Of a stretch of DNA of 64,000 nucleotides, positions 34,820 to 45,638 are shown piece by piece (position 1 is the stretch's first letter; each line of letters starts with the position of its first letter). A model generated the notes under the pieces. The model was not told the origin of the DNA and ran no database searches. It saw only the letters and a program-made list of their open reading frames with translations. The stretch comes from Dicyema japonicum. Its lineage: Eukaryota > Animalia > Dicyemida. The position numbers were made by a program, and so were the translations under genes. Location of the stretch: the NCBI GenBank assembly GCA_011109175.1, contig RDEW01000006.1:1696133-1760132 (forward strand). Reading direction: 5' to 3'.

Positions 34820-37730
34820 ATCTCAGCGGGCTGCGTGCTCGCTCTACCTTTGGAACTGCAGTGTCTGCATGGGAACTGGTTGGAAAACCCAGAGGATCAT
34901 TCCAAACGAGCACGTTGAACCAAACGAGCCTCTAGACTTCAATAATATGGACAACCTCTTGCTCTTCTTATCGGATCTAAGGAAAGCCAGGAAGATCCCA
35001 ATCAGGATCCCAAGACCCGTCCGGATCCCGCGGCTACATGCCTGGCCTCTGCAATTGACAATGCTCTCACGTCCGACGACCTGGAGGCCTGGCTAAAACT
35101 CCTCAGTTTTGCTCCGATGGCCCTTGGAATCCCTTGGAATTCCATTTATCGACTCAAAGGGAGGTCAACGGAATACAGAGGAAAGCACGACACTTGGAAA
35201 TTCCCTTTCCTAAAAAATGAAGAAGAACATCCAAGTTTTCTATGTGCATTCTCTCACCAAGACGGAAGTCAAGAAATCAAAACATTCTGATTCCAATCCT
35301 CCGTTTATTTGAATGGCCCGGAAAAACTTAAAGAGAGAGTGAACCGCAAACTATTCGAAGGCGACGTCCGAGCGGCGTTGCGCGTCGTCGCCAGCGACGA
35401 AACTGTTATGGCTGCGACACCTGAGGTGCTAGAACTACTCAGACATAAACATCCATGTGCTCCGGAAGATTACCGCCCATTCGTGCTTCCGGGAAATTTG
35501 TCAAGGATGACCGTCACCGAAGGCGAAGTGCGACGCGGCATTTCGTCCTTTGCGGCGAGTAGCAGTGGAGGCATCGATGGCTTGCGGCCGGGTCACATCA
35601 AAGATCTTACGGCGGAGGCTACTGCAGAAGCTGGCTGCAACCTTGTCAAATCAATTACAAAACTGGTTATGCGTATTTTGAACGGAGATATTCCTCCCCA
35701 CGCAAGGGAGCTCCTTTTCAGTGCACATTTATTGGCCTTCAAAAAACCTGAAGGTGGGGTCCGCCCCATCGCAGTCGGCAACTATTTCAGAAGATTGACA
35801 GCGAAAATTGCATGCAGCATTGTCTCTCCGAGAATATCTGAAGAATTTTCCCCCTCCAACTGGGGTTGGTGTAAGGAACGGATGCGAGGCGGCAGTGCAT
35901 GCTGCGAGGTGTTTTTTTGGACAGAAAGACGAACAAAACCCACACATTGGGGTCAAGCTGGACATCTGCAATGCCTTCAATTCATTGAGGAGGGATCAAA
36001 TTTTCGAAACTACAAGCAAACGAGCCCCGGAACTTATTCCACTTGTCTTCCTCGCTTACGGAACCAATTCTTCACTGGTTTTCGGGGACAAGATTATCTG
36101 TTCGGAGACCGGAGTTCAACAAGGGACCCACTTGGTCCACTACTCTTCGCTCTGGCCATCGATGAAATTGTCCGCTCTATAAACACACAACTAAACCTTT
36201 GGTATCTCGATGACGCCACAATTGGAGGGCCGTGGAGAAAAGTACACGACGTTCTGTCACATGCCGTGCCGGCACTACGAAACCTCGGACTTGAGATAAA
36301 CATAAAGAAATCGGAGCTAATAAATATCACATACTCGGAGAGTGATTTCATCAACGTGGTCGAGTCTTTCAACTCGGTACTACCTGGAATTACTGTCGTA
36401 CCCAGGGAGCGGACATACTTTCTTGGGTGCCCACTTGACGAAAAGGAACTGCGGAGCCATCTACAAACAAAAGAGGATGAACTCTCCAGAGTCACGGAGA
36501 AACTCCTTACTCGATGGTCATACAGCGTTCTTCCTTTTGAAGAATAGCATCGGCTTGCCCAAACTCCTATATGCTCTCCGATGTTCTCCCTGCTTCAAAC
36601 ATCGTGACATCCTCCTGTCACTGGATAGGACATTGAGAAAATCAGCTGAATTACTTCTAAACATCCACTTTGATGCGCCGAGTTGGAACCAATGCAAGCT
36701 TCCTACACGCCTCGGAGGAACGGGTCTCAGGTCGGCGCTGGAGATCGCCTATCCAGCATATGTGTCATCGCTCTCAAGTGGAAGCCTTTTGGTCCAAGAA
36801 ATCCTACGTATTACAACCGGACTCTCTTGGGAAAAAGTCTTCGACGAAGCTCGTTGCGAATGGTGTGAAACTGGTTTGGATATGCCGAACGATCCTTCGA
36901 GGCAACGTGACTGGGATGATATTTACTCCAAGAATATCTTCGACGTGCTAAAGTCTGAGGCCAACCAGCATCGTCTTGCATGCCTCGTGTCCGCCGCCAA
37001 CCATGGGAGCGGAGCGTGGCTGGATGCACTCCCGTGTTCCTCCCTGGGGACCCTATTAGACGATAACTGTATTCGGATCGGGATCGCACAACGCCTGGGA
37101 GCTGATGTTTGCGTCGAACACCCAATGTCGCTGTGGAGGGATCGTCGATGCCAAAGGGCTGCACCCGCTCTCGTGCAAAAGGAGCGCGGGCAGAGCACCC
37201 CGCCATGCTGCTATGAACAACATCGTCTTGCGAACTCTTGAAGCGGCAGGCTTCCCAGCAGTACTGGAGGCTGTGGGATTGGACCGCGGAGATGGGAAAA
37301 GACCGGATGGGTTAACTATCTTTCCGTTCACTGAGGGTAAATCGCTCGTATGGGACTGCACTGTTGTGGACTCTTTCTCGAACTCGATGATGCTCGGCTC
37401 AGCGCAGTCTGCTGGATCGGCAGCCAATCTGGCCGAGAAAATCAAGATTAAAAAATATGGTGAAATTGGAGACCGCTAACGTTTTGTACCGGTAGCAATC
37501 GAGACGTCTGGTGCAGCCGATAGTATTACAGCTTCTTTCCTAAGTGAAATTGAGGGAAAATTGGCCCACCGCAAGAAAGACGTGCGGGAAGTGGTCCGGC
37601 TAAGGCAAAGAATTGGTATCGCAGTTGTTCGCGGAAACGCTTACTCCGTGATGTCAGCAGCCGCTCTACCCCATAGTTAATAAATAATATTTTATTGTTA
37701 AAAAATTTTTGACGTTAAAAAAAAAAATTT
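34820..37730 (+). mobile_element. second CRE-clade subfamily copy (5'-truncated within the PHD finger)
   Basis: SQRAACSLYLWNCSVCMG (PHD C-terminal half), GGIDGLRPGHIKDL, GGVRPIAVG, KLDICNAFNS, QQGDPLG, WYLDD, CRCG..HPLSC..RH, KRPDG, WDCT, VVRGNAYSV; A-rich tail ~37700-37730. Confidence 0.9.
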
Positions 37731-38287
37731 ATCAAATTAATATATATAATTTGACGAATCTAGTGAAATGAAAAATGAACAATCAATTTAACAAAGGTTA
37801 CGGAATAAGTACTACCAGTCCGCTAGTTGGCCCGACTGTTCATCTCGGTACCCCTTTCCTTGTTAACCATTCATTTGTTGGTCTAGGAAGTCACACATCC
37901 TGATTTGAATATCTTCCCTGACTGGCCTGACTAGTTTGTTCTCCTTCTCAGTCAGGCCATCGTACAGTTTCTTCCCAAAGGATAGTTTGATCGCCGCTCT
38001 CCTTGTTTTCCCTAGTCGAGCGAGGATTCTCTCTCTAGGGGCTGTAGAACCATCCCTCGCTTCCGTAAATAAGTCTTGGACGAATCACATTCCGAAGACA
38101 AAGAGCACGGTATACTATCAAACTTTAGGCTTCTAGTGCAGAACATTGCTTGCACAGTTTTCTTCCTTCGCTCTTCGATGTCTTTGAGGTATGATCTTCT
38201 GCAATCCCCAGGTAATTCAGAGATGAAACTCTAGGTATGCAAAGCGTGTAGAGCTCCTCGTGATGCCTACCTAGCCTGCTGCCTTTT

Positions 38288-38595
38288 CACGAGAGCCATA
38301 GTATTTATAGCTCCGCATAGGCAGGACACACACTTTATTTGAGTAAAGAACGATTAATTTTAACTAATCGTAGAACCAAAGAATGATCTTCATTTCTTTT
38401 TTTCTTTTTCTTGTGTGAGTGTCCTTTCTAGACAATCCAGTTCCGCAGTGAGTATCCACTGATGACGGCGTCACTCAACAAACCCTTTCTGCATCGTAGA
38501 TGCGTGGAACCTTCCACCAAATGAACAGCAGCGAGATTCGAACCCGTAGCATAAGCTACCTAAGCCCGACACCTAACCACTATGCCACCCGGTTT
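38288..38595 (-). mobile_element. tRNA-derived SINE, most complete copy
   Basis: Minus strand A box TGGCATAGTGG (38577-38587) and B box GGTTCGAATCT (38534-38544), then body and tail shared with 15955, 42440 and 43500 copies. Confidence 0.8.
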
Positions 38596-38759
38596 ATCCG
38601 TAAGTAAGTGAATTTTTTCGTGGAGAGTCTCAGGGCTAATATAAATAAAAAATGTTAACAAATTAATTTTTACTATATATAAAAACAAATCTAAGTGCTT
38701 CTGCAAAAGTACTAACGTTAAGTCCAAACTAAGCAAACTACAAGAATAATCTGCCCGAT

Positions 38760-40620
38760 TTTGGAATGAGGTTTATTGGGTATTTCCCAGAGCTGCAAAC
38801 GCTTCTCAACAAAGTTATTGAAAAAAAGTTTTTTATTTATTAATTTAAAATTAAGATCATGTAAAAATTATTTATCTTTAATTATTTTTTTAATGGTTTC
38901 TTATGTGTTTTTTTTATTTCCATCGGAGATCTGTATTTCGACAATATTGTGTGAAAATATATTAGTAATTGTTACACTTTCACCATATGGAGACTCAAAT
39001 TTTTTAAAGGCTAAAGATGGATTAGTCCCAAAATCTTTCATAACTCTGACCTTTTTTAAAAATATTAATAAATTAGAATTACCTTATCACCAGTTTTAAA
39101 TAAATATTTAATTGATGTACACTCATTTTTATTCATTTTCTTAAAATATGCTGAATCCAATTTTGGTGGATTGAATTCAAATTGAAATGACGTTTCTTCT
39201 AAATCAATATTATCTAAAAAAAACCTTTTTGCTCTTCTTGATTGGAAACATGACTGTCATCGCAATTTTCATCATTTAGTGATCCTTCACAATCTCAAAA
39301 AAATTATATTAATCCTATTAAAGCAACCTATATCTGGTTATCCGTACCTCAGTGCTAGTCAAGCACAATAAACCGGACATTGTGGTACACGATAAGGAAT
39401 CTGGCCAAGTCCTTATCATAGAAGTTGGCATCACGTCTCAAGACCGTTTGCAGACTGTGGAGGTGGAGAAAAAAGGAAGTATGACTTTCTTGCAAACGAG
39501 ATGGGGCGGATGCTTGGTTGCAAGGTCCTCGTTATTCCTATAGTAATGACGTGGGAAGGAATTGCAACAAAGTACCACAAGGGTTATCTGAAGCAGTTGG
39601 GGGTAGATAGGAAGCTCCAGGCCTATCTACAGTCCACTGTGTTAAAGCGGACCCTAGAGAGCTTGACACTGGAGTATAGGAGGCAGAACCCTGAGATGCC
39701 ATATGGGCAGAGGGTTCAATTTGACAATGCGCTTTCGGAGTTGTTTCAGCAACCAGAATCGAACCTGCCTGAGGAGGCTGGCGAACAGGCAGGCGAGGAA
39801 GGTTGTTGATCAATAAATATATTAATCTTATTGAAGCAACCTATATCTGTATTAATCTCATCGACTACTGTGTTTTTAATTTAAATACTGTTGAATCCAT
39901 TAATTCCTTGATTCTTGTAAAATGGAGTATTGCCTCAAAATAATTTAATTAAAAGTTACCTGTTGATGTATGGGTATACATATTATAATAAACTGCTTCC
40001 TTTATGTTTTTAGTCCAACACTTATCTTCAGACATCATCTTAGATAGTGATCTTGTGATTGATTAATTGAAGCGTTCGATAATCGCTTGACTCATTGGAT
40101 TGTTAAACCTACTATGAATTTGTTGGACGTTGAAGAGGTCACATAATGCTCTTACATAGAAATTTTTAAATTCTGTCCCATTATCCGATTGTAAGAATCG
40201 GAATGGTCCATCATCCAAAAAGATTTCTTCTAGGTTTTTGGCCACTTCATATCCACTCTTATTTTCATATTTCTAGTGAAGGCATATTTAGAATATATCA
40301 ATTACGGTGAGAAGCCATTTGAAAGATTCATTGTTTTAGTTAAACCTTGAATTTATTTAATAACAAAGTATTACCTTTTTAGATCAACCAGGTCTATTTG
40401 AAATCTTTCATTCGGCTGAGAAGCTATAATGTGATTTTCAGGATCCATTTGCATTAGTGGAGTCAAAAAACGACAAATGTTGTTGTCTTTAAGATATAAC
40501 CTCCCATTGATAGATAACAAATTTTTTGACTTTTGAGTTAATCAGTATTTTTTGTCTTGTCATTAGATCGATCACCTTCTCTTCCAATATTTTCATTGTA
40601 TCATGATATTCCTGGGTTGT
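38760..40620 (-). mobile_element. Ginger/KRBA2-like integrase transposon with small introns, interrupted by an R4 insertion
   Basis: ERFQIDLVDLKR|..WLLTVIDIFSKYAF..GPFRFLQSDNGTEF..SQAIIERFN..H.STG|NTPF..KTGDK|VRVMKDF; introns 40346-40374 (29 nt), 39934-39959 (26 nt), 39051-39082 (32 nt). Confidence 0.8.
39337..39817 (+). mobile_element. R4/Dong 3' fragment with long target-site duplication
   Basis: Near-identical to ~24455-24935; flanked by TATATTAATC(C/T)TATT(A/G)AAGCAACCTATATCTG at 39305-39336 and 39818-39849. Confidence 0.9.
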
Positions 40621-41121
40621 TTTAACGAAAAACCGATCAGGAAGGGAATGCAGAGCGAACGTGTATGAGACACGACGATGTACAATGAGGGGCCGAACGT
40701 ATTGTTCGATGTTCTACAGAAACTGTTAATGGCAAGGCTTAGGCTTGGATTTATTCCACCATTATGAAAGAGATCTATAGTAAGGATGGTCCCCTACCAG
40801 GGATACTAGAGGGAACCTCTGAGCTATAGACCAATCAGTCTTGTGTGCTCTACTTAGAAGATAGTAGAGAGGATCATCTCCAAAATCTAAGTTGGCATAT
40901 TAAAGGAACTAATTTCTTGCTCCACACCAATGGGGATTTCGACCTGGAAGGTTGTGTAAGACTAATCTTTTTGGTGAAATCGGAAAAATTCAAAAATTCT
41001 AATAAAGCGTGTGTACATTGACTTTCTGAGATAATCGTGTGTATAAAATAATCGCGCTTCATATAAAAAGGGGCATAATTTGAAATATCTAATTTTGAGT
41101 TATTTGTCTATAAATATTATA

Positions 41122-41895
41122 ATGGAAGATCAGAACCGTGATACAAATGAAAATAAAGAAATCAAAAAACTGATTAAAGAGTTTTGCATGGTCTAATGTT
41201 TATTAGTCACTTTTTATTCGACGTTCTCAGCAAAATGCACGAAAAATTAAATACGATAACTTTAGGAAATTTTAATGTCGACGATTTTTCGGATTTATTA
41301 AATTTATTCTTCGATAGCTTAGAGAATGTCAAAAAGAGTAAACCTGAAATTGACGACCTTGTAACTCATGTTTAAAATTTTAGATGAATTCAGCTATTAG
41401 CTCTCTGTGGTGCCAACTAATTGAGTTCAAGATGCTTAATTATTTTATTGAAAGATTCAAACAGTCCAGTCTTAGTCATTTTATCGAGGAAATTAAGCCA
41501 AAAGTAATTAAGTTGAGTATTCCTAGATAAATTCATTATTGCCCAAAGATTCGGATAACTCTGACCCTAACAAGGTTACTTGATAAATTAAATTAGGAAA
41601 TCGAAATACCTCCGACAATACCAAGTTTTGTCAAAATTATAATATTTTTTAGAAAGAAGACCATATTCATTAAAAGTTACCAATATACTAATGAAATGGC
41701 TTCTTGAAAATGCTGAGGTATATTTAGCGGCTCAGTTTAGCATCCGTTTCCGTCTACAGAGATAAAGTTACAGCTAATGAGGAGACTAAATTGACTCGTC
41801 TCCAAATTGATGATTGGTTTAAAGACGCTAGAAAAAGATCTTTATATCGTAATTATAAAGGAAAATATGAAAGACGAAATATTAATAAAGATTAA
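41122..41895 (+). CDS. divergent Meis/PKNOX-like TALE homeobox gene, copy B (7 exons)
   Basis: Same spliced product as copy A; introns 26, 23, 23, 22, 28 (41625-41652) and 23 nt; 1-nt deletion at ~41779 (ATGAGGAG versus ATGGAGGAG in copy A). Confidence 0.85.
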
Positions 41896-42439
41896 TTAAC
41901 TAAAATTTTGAATAATTTTCATCTTAGTTTATGTGGCTTCACTAAACAAGTTTTGTTAAAATAATAAAATAACTGAATTTACTAAACGTCAACAGAAAAT
42001 ATCATACGTCATCTCAGAAAATCATTATTTTTTGATTTAACTATTCATCAATGTCTTTTAGTCTTTGAATTGATATCATGTGATTCTAATATCTAAATCA
42101 TCACAACAATACTTGTAAATACAAAGTATCATTCTTGAAAAATAATTTTTCTGGTAATTCGGAGAAATATAGAATAGAATGAACTAATGGACTTTTGGAC
42201 AATTGAAAGTAATCTTTGCATTTTTCTGAAAATGATGGGTAGTTAAGAAAACTTTCAGTGATTATCGTAATCATCAATTGTCTGATTTTTCGATAACATA
42301 CTTTTTAACTCAATATCTCATCCATTCTGCCACCAACAGACAGATAATCCTAATTTACAATTTGGAAGATGCTGTTCTGATAATACACTTTGGATTTAGT
42401 ATCTCTTATATTTTGTTCTCATTAATAATCATACTGCAC

Positions 42440-42640
42440 ATTACGAGAGCCATATTACCTATATCTCAACCCCGACAGGACACACTTTATTTAAGTAAAG
42501 AAAAGTCATGTTATCTAATTGTAGAGTGAAAACTCATGAGTGATCTTCACTTCTTTTTTGTTGGTGTGAGTGAAATTTTCACAAATGGCGGCGTTACTCA
42601 TCAAACCAAAGTTTCAGGCCTTTATGCCCGAACTCATTAC
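42440..42640 (-). mobile_element. tRNA-derived SINE copy within duplicated unit B
   Basis: Counterpart of 15955-16185 with an internal deletion of ~27 nt. Confidence 0.7.
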
Positions 42641-43229
42641 ACTTGATTCTTATTAGTTTAGAAAATATAGATGCCTTATCATTGCAGAGTTAAATGAATT
42701 ACACGTGCAACACTCAAAATCAATTTAAAGTATCATTTTGTTTACATTGATTAAACTATTTAATAGTCGGATAACTTTATTTACTTCAGTGTTACAATCT
42801 TTGGTAAGAACCTCAAGAAACGTCTGCTTGTGTCGACCGAATCCAAACCCAATAGTCCATTACAGACTTCAGTTTGAGGAGAGAGGTGAAGAAGTAGGTC
42901 CAACCTCTTACATCATCACATATTTTACGTCGAATAGTAAAACCAAATTAAGAACAGGCTTTGGATACGTGAATGTTGTCTACGGTGAAAGTCTCAAATC
43001 AAACAAAAAGATGGAGATTTCACATTTCTGTTTTCCATCATTCCTACCTAAGTTGAGCAGAGACTGATAACCGGCTGCATTCATACCCTGTCTAACAACT
43101 TTAAGGCATTGTGTCTAGAAGACTTTCTAGCACTCCACCTACAGGCGAGTAGAAGCAGACCAAACAAGCAGGCACGGCGGTGATGGTTCTATGACTTTAA
43201 GGGATATTTCTATTAGTTAATTTGATCTT

Positions 43230-43500
43230 ACTTGGATCTTTAGAATTTTCATTCGATCGACGAATTTCCATAACTCGAAGTATTACTCTTTCGGATCACT
43301 TTGCTTAGGTGATCCATGTTTCCATACGGCCAACAATATTCAAGGGACCAAACAATGGACCAAAGTTATTTACCGGAAATAACTCTGCCTTTTCCGAGGT
43401 TGATAATCCTTTCACTGAGCTTTCAATGATGTTAGTAGGGAATATAGAGTCGATATAGGCGGAATCCATTACTATTGGCTTCAGTTCATCAATACTGCAC
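43230..43500 (-). mobile_element. LINE family A-like 3' end
   Basis: Minus ORF ends GRMETWIT* (GGATCACCTAA), matching the family terminus. Confidence 0.45.
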
Positions 43501-43790
43501 TTTACGAAGAGCCACATTTGCTATAGCTCCTCCCAGACAGGCACACACTTTATTTAAGTAAAGAAGAGTTATCATAACTAATCGATGAAGAAGAATCAAG
43601 GAATGCTTTGACATCTTTTTTTAGTGGGTGCGAGTCCTTTGTAGACGATCCGGTTCCGCAGTGAAATTTTCACTGATGCCGGCGTCACTTGTTAAGCTAA
43701 AACATCGTAGATTAATGTAAAGCAGCGAGATTCTGCAGCATTTTCTTCCCGTCACTCTTTACACTGCGCCACCTGACCACACTTTACTTC
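43500..43790 (-). mobile_element. tRNA-derived SINE copy
   Basis: Degenerate head GGTGGCGCAGTGT..GAATCTCGCTGCT plus shared body/tail. Confidence 0.7.
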
Positions 43791-44224
43791 ATCAAACAGA
43801 AAATTTTTTGAAATTAATCCTGGAAATTATTAATAATGAGAAATGATATGTTCGCTGTAAGAATCTCAACTCAGTAGGAATTAATGAATATACATTTTAA
43901 TTAAAATTGAATATTATCGTAAAATACCATCAATTTGATTTTTTAACATAATAACGCGCCAACTACTAGCCTTATATCTATTAACTTTTTAGAGGTGTTT
44001 CCCAACTTCAAGAACGTGACATTTTTTCTGGATCTTGATGGGTTGTATTTTAGGAAGGACTTGTTTTTCCACAATTTATGAATTTTAATTTTAACATCTG
44101 AATTTATTTTTTCAAAGAAATGGGAATCTTTTCACGTCTACCATAAATGAAAGTATCACTTGAAGTGATTATTCCCTGTCGACTCCCAATTATTATTATT
44201 ATTAATTATTATTAAAACCAAAAA

Positions 44225-45520
44225 TCACCGACAAATTAAAAACTACATAGCCGTCAGGTGATTCCGGCCGCCTCGAGTAGCCATCTCAATCTTGCTCGGT
44301 GTTCTTTCCGGGTTCCAACGCATTTCCGGATTGGGCGGGGGTTTCTAACTTTTTTGGAGGGTAATAAGGTTCCGGTTTCTTCACTAATTCCTCAAAGGTG
44401 TAGGGTTTAGAGATGTCCAAGAAAACCTTTGCAAAACCTTACTGGGCATTTTTTGGAAGGTATTGATTTTTCCTATATTCCTGTTTGATAGGTTGGTTCC
44501 CCATGCAGCACACCCGTAAGTTAGAGACGGTTGAATATACTGCACGTAGAGGGAGTCCAAATTTGAGTTGAAACACCCATTATATTGTCCAAGGAGTGTT
44601 TTAACAAAATTTAGCTTTCGTTGTGCCGAAGAGAGACGTTGTCGATGTGTTTGCTGAAGGTTAAGAGTGGGTCGTAAGTTACGCCCAGTATCTTGACCGA
44701 GTTGGTCGTGGGGATTGAGTTTCCATTTATGGTCACACATGGAGCGGAGTTTGTCAATCTTCTGTTTGTTGTGAAAATTGTTGTATAAGACTTTTCGGGA
44801 CTTGTATGTAGAATGTTCTTAACGAGCCAACAGTTCAGATCGTCCAATGAAACTTGTATCCCGTTAACAGCAGTATTAACGCACTGGTCTTTGACTGCGA
44901 CGATTATATCATCCGCATATGTCAGAACCAGAGTATCGTCACTGGTAAGGGAGGGTAAATCATTCAAGAATAGGTTGAATAGGTGTGGTGAAAGTGGAGA
45001 TCCTTGAAAGACCCCATTTGGAAGGAACTTGGTTACTGATCTAGTTTTTCCAGCAGTTACTCTTCCTCTTCTTCCATTTAGGAAATTTGCGATCCAGATT
45101 TTCAGGTTGTTTAATTTTTGACGTAAAGATCTTCTTTGTCAAAAGCTTTCTTGGGACAGTATCAAATGCCTTTTTTATATCGATGGAGCATAACAAAGAC
45201 TTCTTTTGCGCTTTAGTCCATCCTTGATGAAATTTGTAAGGCATGTAAGATGCGTTTCTGTGGAGTGTCCTTTTCTGAATCCGTGTTGAAAAGGTGCATC
45301 AGGAAGGTATGGTTTGATTAGTTCAAGAATCAGCTTTTCCAAAAGTTTTGATGTAACACATAGGAGAGATATGAGGCTGGTGATCCCTTTGGTCGCCCGG
45401 GTTTCAGAATTGGTCGTATGTTTGATAGCTTCCATATGGAAGGAATGCAATTTTTCGTTGATTGAAAAAATTTTCGTGAGGGCCATGATAGCATAGGGGC
45501 CTATGTTTTTCAGAACTATT
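44225..45520 (-). mobile_element. LINE family A, longest copy (RT domain to 3' end)
   Basis: ISLLCVTSKLLEK, QHGFRKGHST, SIDIKKAFDTV, GVFQGSPLSPHLFN, YADDIIV, KILGVTYDPLLTFSKHI, ends EAAGIT*; no RNase H seen. Confidence 0.88.
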
Positions 45521-45638
45521 CAGGGATTCCGTTTAATACAAATTTTCATTCCCTCACGTACCACTCTATTAAAATAGTGTAGTGCTTTATTGATGGAGTT
45601 GAAATCGGATAAATGAAAGTCAAGTAGATAATGACTTC

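Larger units (their letters stand above)
40643..42690 (+). repeat. ~2.06-kb segmental duplication, copy B
   Basis: Inverted copy of 15908-17967. Confidence 0.92.

Noticed and set aside
12971-37445. Long antisense ORFs over the CRE, R4 and LINE elements
   Set aside because: Shadows of GC-richer coding sequence on the opposite strand with no independent motifs
38525-38595. Functional tRNA gene
   Set aside because: Acceptor and anticodon stems pair poorly and the head is attached to a repeated body and tail, so it is a SINE
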